NCBI GenBank assembly: GCA_963694715.1
Contig: CAVOEB010000001.1
Span: 20,434 to 84,433 of the forward strand
DNA length: 64,000 bases
Direction: 5' to 3'
Source of the DNA: Alphaproteobacteria bacterium
GTDB taxonomy: Bacteria; Pseudomonadota; Alphaproteobacteria; UBA828; JAPUJA01
Both the position numbers and the translations under genes were made by a program. Below are positions 10,251 through 19,981 of the stretch, piece after piece (within the stretch, counting starts at the first letter, position 1; each line of letters opens with the position of its first letter). Below the pieces are notes generated by a model, which searched no databases, was not told where the DNA came from, and saw nothing but the letters and a program-made list of their open reading frames with translations.

Positions 10251-10986
10251 CGGGTTTGGGCGGTGCCTCGGCGGCGACCTGCTCGGCCACCACCTTAGCG
10301 GGCACTTCGCGTAATTCCCCGGTTTCTAGCTTGCCCAGCTGGAACGGGCCGTAGGCGATCCGGATCAGCCGGTTGACCTGCCAGCCCAGATGCTCGAGCA
10401 CCCGGCGCACTTCACGGTTCTTGCCCTCGGCAAGCGCGATGGTCAGCCAGGCGTTATCGCCCCGCTGGCTATCGAGGGCAGCGCGGATCGGGCCGTAGCG
10501 CATGCCGTCCACGATTATGCCCTCGCCGAGCGTGGCGAGCTGGCGCGCCTCGGGGTGGCCGTGCACGCGTGCCCGGTAGCGCCGGATCCAGCCCGTCGCG
10601 GGCAATTCGAGCTTTCGCGCGAGGCCGCCGTCGTTGGTCAGCAGCAGCAGGCCCTCACTCCTAAGATCGAGCCGGCCGACCGATATCACCCGGCCGATCT
10701 CGCGGGGCAGGACCTCGAACACGGTCGGGCGGCCTTGCGGGTCGCGGTGGCTGGTGACCAGACCGAGCGGCTTGTGGTAGCGCCACAGGCGGGTCTTGCC
10801 CGCCTCGGGCAGGGGCGCGCCGTCGACGCTGACGCGCATGTCCGGAGTCACGTTGAGCGCCGGAGAGCTGATCGGTACGCCGTCGACGGCCACCCGTCCC
10901 GCGACGATCATCCGCTCGGCGTCGCGCCGCGAGCCCAGCCCGGCGCGCGCGATGCGTTTGGCGATGCGCTCGCCCACACCCGTCAT
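10231..10986 (-). CDS. Pseudouridine synthase of the RluB/RsuA family (S4 domain + catalytic domain)
   Basis: The S4 domain (GLGSRRDAERMIVAGRVAVDG) and the catalytic motif RLDLRSEGLLLLTNDG are present. The start is trimmed to the ATG at 10986. The upstream part of the 459-aa track ORF is Arg-rich and overlaps the upstream gene in another frame. Confidence 0.75.
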   Translation of the reverse strand: MTGVGERIAKRIARAGLGSRRDAERMIVAGRVAVDGVPISSPALNVTPDMRVSVDGAPLPEAGKTRLWRYHKPLGLVTSHRDPQGRPTVFEVLPREIGRVISVGRLDLRSEGLLLLTNDGGLARKLELPATGWIRRYRARVHGHPEARQLATLGEGIIVDGMRYGPIRAALDSQRGDNAWLTIALAEGKNREVRRVLEHLGWQVNRLIRIAYGPFQLGKLETGELREVPAKVVAEQVAAEAPPKPDAHRRR

Positions 10987-11714
10987 GGTGCGCGCGCCGC
11001 CTCGACGAAGGCGTGAAAAATCAACGTATCGCCGGGATCGATGGCGTATTCCGGGTGCCACTGGACGCCGAGGCAGAACCGCCGCGAAGGGTCCTCGATG
11101 CCCTCGACGACGCCGTCGGGCGCCCAGGCGTCGACCACCACGCCCGGGCCCGTCTCGCGCACCGCCTGATGGTGGGCGCTGTTCACCTCGAGCTTGTCCG
11201 CCTCGACGATGCGGTGAAGCAGGGTGCCGGGTTCGACGCGCACCGCATGGCCTGTTTCCGTGCGCGGATTGGGTTGTTCGTGGGCGAGCGCGTTTTCGAC
11301 CTCGTCGGGGATATGCTGGATCAGGGTGCCGCCGAGCGCGACGTTGAGCAACTGCTGGCCACCGCAGATCCCGAGCACCGGTATGTCGCGCGCCAGCGCA
11401 CCTTTGAGCACGCCCATTTCGAAGGCGGTGCGCGCATCTTTCGTGGTTACGCGGGCGTGGCGGCTGGTCGCGCCGAACAGGGCGGGGTCGACGTCGAACG
11501 CGCCGCCGGTGACGACCAGGCCGTCGATCAGCCCGAGATAGGCATCGGCCTGCCCGGCCTCGTGAGGCAGCAGTACTGGCAGGCCGCCGGCGCGGCTGAC
11601 CGCGGCGCAATAGTTCTCGCGCAGCGCATACCAGGGCATGTTCGAATAGCCGCCCGGCGGTTCGGAATCGAGGGTCAGGCCGATCACGGGGCGGGCGGTG
11701 GCGGGTCCGGTCAT
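10983..11714 (-). CDS. Class I glutamine amidotransferase-like protein (peptidase C26 / gamma-glutamyl-GABA hydrolase family)
   Basis: It contains GICGGQQLLN (catalytic Cys in a GxCxG context) and WHPE near the C-terminus. Its stop overlaps the downstream start as ATGA. Confidence 0.7.
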   Translation of the reverse strand: MTGPATARPVIGLTLDSEPPGGYSNMPWYALRENYCAAVSRAGGLPVLLPHEAGQADAYLGLIDGLVVTGGAFDVDPALFGATSRHARVTTKDARTAFEMGVLKGALARDIPVLGICGGQQLLNVALGGTLIQHIPDEVENALAHEQPNPRTETGHAVRVEPGTLLHRIVEADKLEVNSAHHQAVRETGPGVVVDAWAPDGVVEGIEDPSRRFCLGVQWHPEYAIDPGDTLIFHAFVEAARAP

Positions 11715-11804
11715 GGGGCGACTTTAGGGCCGCACCGGCCGGCTGGCAACGCCGCGCTCGGCTCGCTTGACGGGGCCGGGCCGAGAGGCCAAGCTCGGGC
11801 CGTC

Positions 11805-12260
11805 ATGAAGCCGCAATCAGGATATATGGACATCGCGCTCAATGCGGCGCGCGACGCCGCCAAGCGCGGCGAAGTGCCGGTCGGCGCCGTCGTCGTCTAC
11901 GGCCCGACGGGCGATGTCGTCGCAGCCGCCGCCAACCGAGTCGAGGAGCTGGGCGACCCCACGGCGCACGCCGAGATGATTGCGCTCCACTTCGCGCTCC
12001 GCGAGCTGGGCGCCAAGCGCCTCGTCGATCACGACATCTACGTCACGCTTGAGCCCTGTCCCATGTGTGCTGCCGCGCTGTCGTTCGCCCATATCCGCCG
12101 GCTTTATTACGGTGCGCCCGATCCCAAGGGCGGCGGCGTCGAGCATGGTGCGCGGGTCTACGACCACGAGACCTGCCATCATGCGCCCGAAGTCTATGGC
12201 GGGATTGACGAGGAACGCTGCGGGGCGATACTCAAGGAATTCTTCAAGGATAAGCGGTAG
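11805..12260 (+). CDS. tadA: tRNA-specific adenosine deaminase
   Basis: CMP/dCMP deaminase zinc motifs HAEMIAL and PCPMCAAAL are present, at about 150 aa. The upstream part of the 415-aa track ORF is treated as non-coding. An alternative start exists at 11826. Confidence 0.85.
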   Translation: MKPQSGYMDIALNAARDAAKRGEVPVGAVVVYGPTGDVVAAAANRVEELGDPTAHAEMIALHFALRELGAKRLVDHDIYVTLEPCPMCAAALSFAHIRRLYYGAPDPKGGGVEHGARVYDHETCHHAPEVYGGIDEERCGAILKEFFKDKR

Positions 12261-12266
12261 CGCCCA

Positions 12267-13535
12267 CTAGCGCGCCAGCGCACGCCAGCCGATATCGCGG
12301 CGGCAAAAACCCCCCGGCCAGTCGACCGCATTGATGCCTTCATAGGCTCGCGTTTGCGCCTCGGCGATGCCTGCTCCCAGCGCGGTCACGCCCAGAACCC
12401 GCCCACCGATCGCCAGGATACGCCCGTTCTCGCGCGCGGTGCCGGCGTGAAACACGGTGACGCCCTCAAGCCCGTCCGCCGCATCGAGGCCGCGGATCTC
12501 GCTGCCCTTTTTGTAAGTTCCCGGATAGCCTTGTGCCGCCAGCACGACGCAGAGCGCCGTCTCGTCGCGCCAGCGCAAGGAAATGTCGCCGAGCCCCCCC
12601 TCGCGCGCTGCCATCAGGGCGGGCAGCAGGTCGGAGCTGAGGCGGGGGATCAAGACCTGGCATTCGGGGTCGCCGAAACGGACGTTGATCTCGAGCAGCT
12701 TGGGCCCGCTTTCCGTCACCATCAGCCCGGCATAGAGCACACCCACATAGGGCGCGCCAGCCGCCGCCATGGCGGCGATCAGGGGGCGGATGATCTCGTC
12801 CATCGCGATCTCGCACAGCGCGGGCGTAAGCAGAGGCGCGGGCGAATAAGCGCCCATGCCGCCGGTGTTGGGGCCGATATCGCCTTCGCCCACCCGCTTG
12901 TGGTCCTGGGCGGTAGCCAGCGGGAGCGCGGTCGTACCGTCGACCAGGGCGAAGAAGCTCGCCTCCTCGCCGACCAGGCAGTCCTCGATCACGAGCTCGG
13001 CGCCGGCGTCCCCGAACTGGCCGTCCAGCATGGCTTCGGCGGCCGCCACCGCCTCGGCCACGCTCTCGGCCACTACCACGCCCTTGCCTGCCGCGAGGCC
13101 ATCGGCCTTGACTACGATGGGTGCGCCCTGGGCCTCGATATAGGCGCGCGCCGGCCCGATCTCGCGAAACCGTGCGTAGGCCGCGGTAGGCACGCCTGCG
13201 GTCTTACAGATCTCCTTCATGAAGGCCTTCGAGCCCTCGAGTTGCGCCGCTTTCGCGCTCGGCCCGAAGGCGGCGATCCCGGCGGCTTCCAGGCGGTCGA
13301 CCAGGCCGGCGACCAGCGGCGCCTCGGGCCCAACGACCACGAAGTCGACCGCCTCGTCCTTGCAATAACGCTCGATGCCTGCGAGATCGAGAGGATCGAG
13401 CGGCACGCAGGCGGCCACTTGCGCGATGCCGCCGTTGCCCGGTGCGCAGACCAGCGTCTCGACCAGTGGCGAGGCCTTGAGCGCCCAGCACAGCGCGTGC
13501 TCCCGTCCGCCCGACCCGATTACCAGAACTTTCAC
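12267..13535 (-). CDS. purD: Phosphoribosylamine--glycine ligase
   Basis: The N-terminus [15 protein letters not shown] is typical of PurD, with ATP-grasp motifs downstream. The start is a GTG at 13535 preceded by GAGGGAGAG. Confidence 0.9.
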   Translation of the reverse strand: MKVLVIGSGGREHALCWALKASPLVETLVCAPGNGGIAQVAACVPLDPLDLAGIERYCKDEAVDFVVVGPEAPLVAGLVDRLEAAGIAAFGPSAKAAQLEGSKAFMKEICKTAGVPTAAYARFREIGPARAYIEAQGAPIVVKADGLAAGKGVVVAESVAEAVAAAEAMLDGQFGDAGAELVIEDCLVGEEASFFALVDGTTALPLATAQDHKRVGEGDIGPNTGGMGAYSPAPLLTPALCEIAMDEIIRPLIAAMAAAGAPYVGVLYAGLMVTESGPKLLEINVRFGDPECQVLIPRLSSDLLPALMAAREGGLGDISLRWRDETALCVVLAAQGYPGTYKKGSEIRGLDAADGLEGVTVFHAGTARENGRILAIGGRVLGVTALGAGIAEAQTRAYEGINAVDWPGGFCRRDIGWRALAR

Positions 13536-13590
13536 GGCGCTCTCCCTCGCTTCTCTCTCCGGCGCGCCTCTTGTATCATGGTGCCAAGTC

Positions 13591-15123
13591 ATGAGCGAGA
13601 TGCCCCCAATCCCCGAGCCCGCCGGAAACGCCCCGGTCTACACCGTCAGTGAGCTGTCCGGCGCGCTCAAGCGAACAATCGAGGATCGCTTCGGCCGGGT
13701 CCGGGTGCGCGCCGAGGTTTCGGGCTTTAAGCGTGCCGCCTCGGGCCATCTCTACTTCACGCTCAAGGACAAAGACGCGATCCTGGCCTCGGTCTGCTGG
13801 CGGGGCATGGCGGCCAAGCTGACAGTCCAGCCCGAGGACGGTCTGGAGATCATCTGCTCCGGGCGGCTGACCACCTATCCCGGCCGCTCCCAATACCAGC
13901 TGATCGTGGATTCCGTCGAACTCGCCGGCGAGGGCGCGCTGCTTAAGCTGCTCGAAAATCGGCGCAAGGCGCTCGCCGCCGAAGGCCTGTTCGACGAAGC
14001 AAGAAAACAACCGCTGCCCTATCTCCCCGAGGTCATTGGCGTAGTCACCTCGCCCACCGGGGCGGTCATCCGCGACATCCTCCACCGCATCGCCGAGCGT
14101 TTCCCCCGCCACGTCCTGGTCTGGCCCGTGGTGGTGCAGGGCGAGCGCGCGGCGGGCGAAATCGCGGCGGCGATCGAGGGATTCAACCGCCTCGATCCCG
14201 CCGGCCCCGTGCCTCGGCCCGGGCTGCTGATCGTTGCGCGCGGCGGCGGCAGCCTCGAGGATCTGTGGGCGTTCAACGAGGAGGCGGTGGTTCGTGCCGC
14301 GGCGGCCAGCGCGATCCCTCTGATCTCGGCAGTCGGGCACGAGACCGACACTACCCTGATCGATTTTGCTGCCGACAGGCGCGCGCCGACCCCTACGGCG
14401 GCGGCCGAGATGGCGGTGCCCGTGCGCGTCAAACTGCTCGAGACCGTACGCACCCTCGACGTTCGCCTGCTCGGCACGATCAACCGCCGGCTCGGGGCCG
14501 AGCGCTCCGAGCTTCGCGGCCTCGCGCGCGGTCTGCCCGATCCGGCTTCGCTGCTCGATGTCGTAGCCCAGCGGCTTGACGACCGATTTGAGCGGCTGGT
14601 CAACGCGGCGGCTAACGAACTGGAGCGGCGCACCGGCCGGCTGGAATCGCTTTCGCGTGGCTTACGCCATCCGCGCGAACGGCTCAAGGAGCGCGAGGCC
14701 CGCATCAAAGCCGCCGGCCGGGCGCTCCGCGTGGGCATGCGGGCGCGCCTGGCTGCGGAACGCGACCGCTTGGGACGGCGTTCCGACCAGCTCGACGGGG
14801 TTAGCCTCCGCCTGGGGCGCGCCATGACCTCCGCCCTGGAGGCCCGCAACCAGGACCTCGCGGCGCGGGCCCGCCTCCTCGACGGCTTTTCCTATCAAAA
14901 GGTGCTCGAACGCGGCTTCGTGCTGGTTCGCGACGATGCTGGCGCGGCCCTCATCTTGGTCGCCGCTACCGCGCCGAATATGGCGGTCAGCCTGCGATTT
15001 TCAGACGGCGAAGCGGGTGCGAGGATCACTGATGGCCCACCCCCGCCCGCCGCCCGTCCGGCCAAGCCTGCGCGCAAGAAAGAACCCGCTGGTCCCGATC
15101 CCAGCCAGGGCGAGCTTCTGTGA
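13591..15123 (+). CDS. xseA: Exodeoxyribonuclease VII large subunit
   Basis: It has an OB-fold N-terminus (VYTVSELSGALKRTIEDRFGRVRVRAEVSGF) and a long coiled-coil C-terminus. The ATG at 13591 is divergent from purD. Confidence 0.85.
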   Translation: MSEMPPIPEPAGNAPVYTVSELSGALKRTIEDRFGRVRVRAEVSGFKRAASGHLYFTLKDKDAILASVCWRGMAAKLTVQPEDGLEIICSGRLTTYPGRSQYQLIVDSVELAGEGALLKLLENRRKALAAEGLFDEARKQPLPYLPEVIGVVTSPTGAVIRDILHRIAERFPRHVLVWPVVVQGERAAGEIAAAIEGFNRLDPAGPVPRPGLLIVARGGGSLEDLWAFNEEAVVRAAAASAIPLISAVGHETDTTLIDFAADRRAPTPTAAAEMAVPVRVKLLETVRTLDVRLLGTINRRLGAERSELRGLARGLPDPASLLDVVAQRLDDRFERLVNAAANELERRTGRLESLSRGLRHPRERLKEREARIKAAGRALRVGMRARLAAERDRLGRRSDQLDGVSLRLGRAMTSALEARNQDLAARARLLDGFSYQKVLERGFVLVRDDAGAALILVAATAPNMAVSLRFSDGEAGARITDGPPPPAARPAKPARKKEPAGPDPSQGELL

Positions 15124-15989
15124 TCGCCCGCCCGCCCGTTCGCCGCTGCACACCCTTGCTGCTCCTCGCCCTGCTTATCGTTGCGGCAGCGCTCCCGGCG
15201 CGCGCCGAGGGGCTCGCGCTCACCGGCGACGCCATCCAGGGCGGCTTGATGATCGGCCAGGTCGAGCCGGACAGCCGCGTCCGCCTCGAAGGAAATCCCA
15301 TTCGGGTGTGGCCCGACGGCCGGTTCCTGATCGGCTTCGGGCGCGAGGCGGCAGCGTCAGCCGTCCTCGATATCCGCTACCCCGACGGGTTTTCCGAGCA
15401 GCACCGCATCGAGGTCACTGCTCGCGATTACGAAACCCAGCGGATCGACGGTCTGCCTTCGAACATGGTCAGCCCCAGCGCCGAGACGCTGGCGCGAATT
15501 CGCGAGGAAAATAAGTGGATTGCCTCGGGCCGGGCGATCGATTCCGCCGAGCCTGCGTTCGATTCCGGGTTTGTCTGGCCACTGATCGGCCCCGTGACCG
15601 GAACCTATGGCACTCAGCGGATCTTGAACAGCGAGCCCCGCCAGCCCCATTACGGCGTCGATGTCGCCGTTCCCGAAGGCGCCCAAGTGTATGCGCCCGC
15701 CGACGGGGTCGTGGTGATGGCCGAACCCGATCTCTACTATACCGGCGGCACGGTGATGATCGACCATGGCTACGGGTTGACCTCGCTTTACTCCCATTTG
15801 AGCCGGCTCGACGTCAGCGTGGGGCAAGCGTTGGCCCAGGGCGACCCGATCGGCGGCGCAGGCGCGAGCGGCCGGGCGACGGGGGTTCATCTCGATTGGC
15901 GGGTCAACCTTCTCACCACGCGGCTCGATCCCGCGCTGCTCGTGGGGCCCATGCCCTCGCAGCCCGATCCGTGGGGCTCCCAGCCGTAA
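15120..15989 (+). CDS. M23 family metallopeptidase (peptidoglycan DD-endopeptidase-like)
   Basis: A signal peptide is followed by the M23 motifs HYGVD...DHGYGLTSLYSHLS...GVHLDW. The GTG start overlaps the xseA stop. Confidence 0.8.
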   Translation: MIARPPVRRCTPLLLLALLIVAAALPARAEGLALTGDAIQGGLMIGQVEPDSRVRLEGNPIRVWPDGRFLIGFGREAAASAVLDIRYPDGFSEQHRIEVTARDYETQRIDGLPSNMVSPSAETLARIREENKWIASGRAIDSAEPAFDSGFVWPLIGPVTGTYGTQRILNSEPRQPHYGVDVAVPEGAQVYAPADGVVVMAEPDLYYTGGTVMIDHGYGLTSLYSHLSRLDVSVGQALAQGDPIGGAGASGRATGVHLDWRVNLLTTRLDPALLVGPMPSQPDPWGSQP

Positions 15990-16069
15990 ATTAATTGGTC
16001 TCCAGCGCGAAACCCTGCGTGGCGATTGAACGCGTTCGGCTTTGCATTGCAAAGCTGAGTAAAAAAACC

Positions 16070-16954
16070 CTAGTCCGGCCAGCGGCGGTGCACCCAGAAC
16101 CACTGTTCGGGGTGCGCGCGGACCCAACCTTCGAGTATGGCCGTAGCCCGGCTCATGATGTCGGCGATATCGGCGTCGCGATCGCCTGTGGGGGTGATCT
16201 CCATGGGCGCGTCGATGATGATGCGAAAACGTGCGCCGCGCAGACGCACGACCCGCGCGGGCACGACCGGCACGTCGAATTTGAGCGCAAAACTCGCCAT
16301 CGCGACCATGGTCATGGCATCGCGCCCGAAGAAGGGCACGGGAATTCCCTCGTTGAGCTTCTGGTCGATCAACAAGGCCAGGTGGTCGCCCGCCTTCAGG
16401 TGCTTGACGAGCTGGCGCGCCCCCGGAGCGCCCTTGGCATAGCGTGTCACGCCGAGCGCACGGGTCCGGATGCGGTCGATAATGGGATTGATCAGCGGGT
16501 TGTTGGGCGCGCGATAGGCCTGGAACACGGGCACGCCACGCTGGGTTGCCGCCATGCAGCAAACCTCCCAGTTGGCGATATGGCCAGAAAAGAAAATCCC
16601 GGCGCGCCGGTCTTCGCGCAGCTCGTCGACGAACTCGGCGCCGATGACCTCGACGCGAGAGCCGCAGTAGCAGTCGAATTTGTGGAGATGGGGATATTCG
16701 GCGGTGACCCGGCCCAAATTGTCCCACATGCCGCGAATCACACCGTCGATCTCGCGTTCCGAGAGCTCGGGCAGTGCGCGCGCGATGTTGCGCCGAGCGC
16801 GACGGTTCATGGCGAGGCGGGGGCCGATTGTGCGCCCCAGCCAGCCGCCTAGCGCCGAGGCCGCGTCGAGGGGTAGTAACCCGAACAGGCCGAGCATCAA
16901 TCGTGCACCAACGGCCTGCAGCCGGTAGGCGAGGGTGATTGGGCGCTCGGTCAT
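16070..16954 (-). CDS. Lipid A biosynthesis lauroyl/myristoyl acyltransferase (LpxL/HtrB family)
   Basis: 294 aa with N-terminal TM segments and an LPLAT-family fold. It is the last gene of the msbA-kdtA-lpxK cluster. Confidence 0.7.
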   Translation of the reverse strand: MTERPITLAYRLQAVGARLMLGLFGLLPLDAASALGGWLGRTIGPRLAMNRRARRNIARALPELSEREIDGVIRGMWDNLGRVTAEYPHLHKFDCYCGSRVEVIGAEFVDELREDRRAGIFFSGHIANWEVCCMAATQRGVPVFQAYRAPNNPLINPIIDRIRTRALGVTRYAKGAPGARQLVKHLKAGDHLALLIDQKLNEGIPVPFFGRDAMTMVAMASFALKFDVPVVPARVVRLRGARFRIIIDAPMEITPTGDRDADIADIMSRATAILEGWVRAHPEQWFWVHRRWPD

Positions 16955-16963
16955 GACCCCGCC

Positions 16964-17956
16964 TCAACCCGCCTGCGCGATCACGGGATCGAGCAGGGCG
17001 TCGAGCGCATCGCTGTCGGCCCATTCGAGGCGCACGCGGAGCACGTCTATCCGCTCACGCTCGGCGGCAGGCAGGCGCACCGCGTCCTTTTCCGTGGTCA
17101 TGGCGCGCGCCCCGGCGGCATCCGCCTGGGCCACCATGCGGGTGAGCTCGTATTTCTTGTAGGGGTGATGATCGGCGAAGGCGTGGCGCGCCACTACGCG
17201 CGCACCGCCGTCGTCCAGGGTCTCGAAGAACTTGTCCGGGCGGCCGATCCCGGCGAACGCCACCACGGCCCGGCCTTCCAGTTCCGGTCCGCCCGGCGCC
17301 GGGGCGAGCCGGGCGCGCAGCAGCGCCATGCCCGCGCCAAACCGGGCCGCCACGTGGGTGCGGTCGTCGCCGATCAGCACCGCGGCTTGCGCCCGCGCGA
17401 GACCTCTAGCCACCGGCTCGCGCAAGGGCCCGGCGGGTATAACCCGGCCGTTGCCGAAGCCGAAGCCGCCATCGATGACGACAAGCGAGAAATCCTTGAC
17501 CAGCGACGGGTTCTGAAACCCGTCATCCATCACCAGGACCTGCGCGCCGGCGGCAACCGCCGCGCGGGCCGCAGCGCGTCGGTCGCTGCCGACCCAGGTC
17601 GGCGCCACTGCGCTCAACACCAGCGCCTCGTCGCCCACGGCGCGGGCATCGTGGTGCGCCGGGTCGACGTTGAGCGGCCCGGCCGCCTTGCCGCCATAGC
17701 CCCGGATCAGGACGTGGGCCTTGATCGAGCGGGCGCTCAGCCGCTCGATGATCGAGAGCACGCATGGCGTCTTCCCCGCGCCTCCAGCGGTCAGGTTGCC
17801 GACGCAGATCACCGGCACCCCGGCCTGCCAGGGCCGGGTCAGGCACTGGCGCGCGCAGCCGGCGATGCTGAACGCACCGCTTAAGGGGCTGAGCGCGCAG
17901 GCTATAAACCGTCCGCCCGGCCCGGCCTTAGAGCTCCAGAAATCAGGCGTGCGCAT
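16964..17956 (-). CDS. lpxK: Tetraacyldisaccharide 4'-kinase
   Basis: A P-loop GNLTAGGAGKTP is present. The N-terminus MRTPDFW is LpxK-like. The start is trimmed from the 431-aa track ORF and slightly overlaps the kdtA stop. Confidence 0.8.
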   Translation of the reverse strand: MRTPDFWSSKAGPGGRFIACALSPLSGAFSIAGCARQCLTRPWQAGVPVICVGNLTAGGAGKTPCVLSIIERLSARSIKAHVLIRGYGGKAAGPLNVDPAHHDARAVGDEALVLSAVAPTWVGSDRRAAARAAVAAGAQVLVMDDGFQNPSLVKDFSLVVIDGGFGFGNGRVIPAGPLREPVARGLARAQAAVLIGDDRTHVAARFGAGMALLRARLAPAPGGPELEGRAVVAFAGIGRPDKFFETLDDGGARVVARHAFADHHPYKKYELTRMVAQADAAGARAMTTEKDAVRLPAAERERIDVLRVRLEWADSDALDALLDPVIAQAG

Positions 17957-19244
17957 GGGCATCTTCTGCCGGCCTTGCCGAGGTGTTCGAAAGGAACGGC
18001 TCGAGGCGTTGCCAGACCCGATCGAGCGCACCGCCAAGCTCGACGGTGACCCGGCCTGCCCGGTCGGCGAGACGGGCTCGTCTCGCATCGTCGTCGAGCA
18101 AATCGCCGAGCGCATCGCCCAGCATCGAAGCCCGGGCCAGCTCGATGGCTCCGTCCGCTTCGTGCAATCGCGCCGCGGCCTCGTGGAAATTCTCCATATG
18201 GGGACCGTGCAGTACTGCGCAGCCGAGGCGCGCGGGCTCCAGGGGATTTTGTCCGCCATGAGGGATCAGCGAGCCGCCGACGAAAACGATGGGGCTCAGT
18301 CGGTAGAGCAGGCCGAGCTCGCCCAGCGTATCCGCGAGGTAGATCTCGGTGTCGGGTCCGACAGCCTCGCCTGCGCTGCGCTGCGCCAGGCGGAAACCCG
18401 CGGCGCGAAGCGCCCTGACGATTTCCGCGCCGCGCGGCGGATGGCGGGGCGCGATGACGGTCAGCAGATCGGAATGACGGGCGGCGAGGTGACGGTGCGC
18501 CGCCGCCGCCGCCGCTTCCTCACCTTCGTGGGTGCTGGCGGCAAGCCACAACCGGCGGTTCCCGAGGGCGGCCGTCAGGCTTGCCAATGCCGCCGGGTCC
18601 GCGGCCAGGGGCGGGGCGTCGTGCTTGAGATTGCCCACTGTCTCGGCGTCGCGTGCGCCGAGTTCACGCAACCGCGCCGCCGCATCGGCGCTTTGGGCGA
18701 GCACCAGGTCGAACGCGCCGAGCACACCCGATATCAGCCGCGGTGCGCGTCGCCAGCGATGATGCGAGCGCGACGACAGACGCGCATTGACCAGGGCGAG
18801 GGGCACGCCGCGCGCCCGGCTCATGGCGATCATGTTCGGCCACAGCTCCGATTCGATCCAGATAGCCCTGTCCGGCGCCCAGTAGTCAAGAAAGCGGCGA
18901 ACGGCGCCCGGCGTATCGACCGGCGCGTATTGGTGAAACGCCCGTTTGGGCAGCCGTTCGGCCATGATCCGCGCCGAGGTCACCGTCACCGTCGTAACCA
19001 AAACGTGCGTGTCCGGCCGGGTGTTGAGCAGGCGTTCGATCAGCGGCAGCGCCGAGACCGATTCGCCGACGCTCGCCGCATGCAGCCAGATCAGCTCGCC
19101 GGGCGGGCGCGCCCGATCGGCCCGCCCGGTTCGCTCGCCCTGACGAGCCGCCTCTTCCTTGCCGGCGGCGCGCCGCCGGCTCAGCCAGAGGCCGACCAGC
19201 GGCGCACCCAGCACCGTGGCCAGCCGATAAAGAGCGAGGCTCAT
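17943..19244 (-). CDS. waaA: 3-deoxy-D-manno-octulosonic acid (Kdo) transferase
   Basis: 433 aa starting MSLALYRLATVL, with Kdo transferase N- and C-domains. The 702-aa track ORF is a read-through into the upstream gene region in another frame, so I split it at this ATG. Confidence 0.85.
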   Translation of the reverse strand: MSLALYRLATVLGAPLVGLWLSRRRAAGKEEAARQGERTGRADRARPPGELIWLHAASVGESVSALPLIERLLNTRPDTHVLVTTVTVTSARIMAERLPKRAFHQYAPVDTPGAVRRFLDYWAPDRAIWIESELWPNMIAMSRARGVPLALVNARLSSRSHHRWRRAPRLISGVLGAFDLVLAQSADAAARLRELGARDAETVGNLKHDAPPLAADPAALASLTAALGNRRLWLAASTHEGEEAAAAAAHRHLAARHSDLLTVIAPRHPPRGAEIVRALRAAGFRLAQRSAGEAVGPDTEIYLADTLGELGLLYRLSPIVFVGGSLIPHGGQNPLEPARLGCAVLHGPHMENFHEAAARLHEADGAIELARASMLGDALGDLLDDDARRARLADRAGRVTVELGGALDRVWQRLEPFLSNTSARPAEDAHAHA

Positions 19245-19981
19245 TGGGTCGACGGGCTCGGCGCGGAGTCCGCGACGAGGGAGGCGGGCGGGGCCGGCGC
19301 AATGGTGGTCTGACCGACCAGGCGGTCGGCCTCTTCGGTCACGGCATTGAGGCGGGTTTCCAGCTCGGCGCGCGCCGTCTCGAGCGCTGCGCCGTCCGCA
19401 TCCGGGGCCACATCGAGCGGATAGCCCCAGACGAAAACGCCGCGCGCGAACGGCTTGGCGATCACGAACCGGTCCCAGCTGCCGAGCACCTTGCGGCGTG
19501 AGGTCGCGAAGGTGGCCGGAATGATCGGAACGCCGGCCAGGCGCGCGACGGTTACGGCGCCGGCATTCGCCCGCATCCGAGGCCCCCGGGGGCCGTCGGG
19601 CGTGATGCCCACATGGTCGCCTGCCTTGAGCGTACGGACCATCTGGCGTAGCGCTCCCGCGCCACTCTTGCCGCTCGATCCGCGCACCGTGCCGAGGTCG
19701 AAATGGCCGATCGTCTTGGCAATCAGTTCGCCGTCGCGGTGGTGAGAGATCAGCATGTTCATCGCGGCGCTCGAGCGCCAGCAATAGGGCATCAACAGCA
19801 GGCGGCCATGCCAGAATGCGAGAATGAAGGGGCGACCTTCGTCCCAGAAGCGGGCGGGAATATCGCCGCGAACGACTTGCCAGCGGCCAGTCGCGAAAAC
19901 GAGCCGGATATAGCACGCGCCCAGCCAGCACAGCGCCGAGCGGACCCGGTCGTTGGCGGCGATCCATTTGATTACGAACAT
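19241..19981 (-). CDS. DUF374/lysophospholipid-acyltransferase-like protein commonly found upstream of kdtA
   Basis: 246 aa. A 4-nt ATGA overlap joins it to kdtA. It sits between the msbA-like gene and kdtA, as in other alphaproteobacterial genomes. Confidence 0.55.
   Translation of the reverse strand: MFVIKWIAANDRVRSALCWLGACYIRLVFATGRWQVVRGDIPARFWDEGRPFILAFWHGRLLLMPYCWRSSAAMNMLISHHRDGELIAKTIGHFDLGTVRGSSGKSGAGALRQMVRTLKAGDHVGITPDGPRGPRMRANAGAVTVARLAGVPIIPATFATSRRKVLGSWDRFVIAKPFARGVFVWGYPLDVAPDADGAALETARAELETRLNAVTEEADRLVGQTTIAPAPPASLVADSAPSPSTQ

Noticed and set aside
10231-11610. 459-aa ORF on the minus strand with an extremely Arg/Pro/Gly-rich N-terminal 208 aa
   Set aside because: The N-terminal part overlaps the well-supported glutamine amidotransferase gene (10983-11714) in another frame and has no protein-like composition. 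Only the C-terminal 252 aa (pseudouridine synthase) is kept, starting at the ATG at 10986.
15990-16069. Perfect palindrome CTTTGCA-t-TGCAAAG followed by an A-run between the M23 peptidase gene and lpxL
   Set aside because: I considered it as a terminator. The U-tract would be on the wrong side for the minus-strand lpxL transcript, and there is an A-tract rather than a U-tract for the plus-strand transcript. It may be a protein-binding dyad but there is insufficient evidence.
15357-17024. 555-aa minus-strand ORF rich in Arg/Gly/Pro spanning the M23 peptidase, lpxL and lpxK regions
   Set aside because: It is an alternative-frame or antisense read-through typical of high-GC DNA. It has no motifs and overlaps three well-supported genes.
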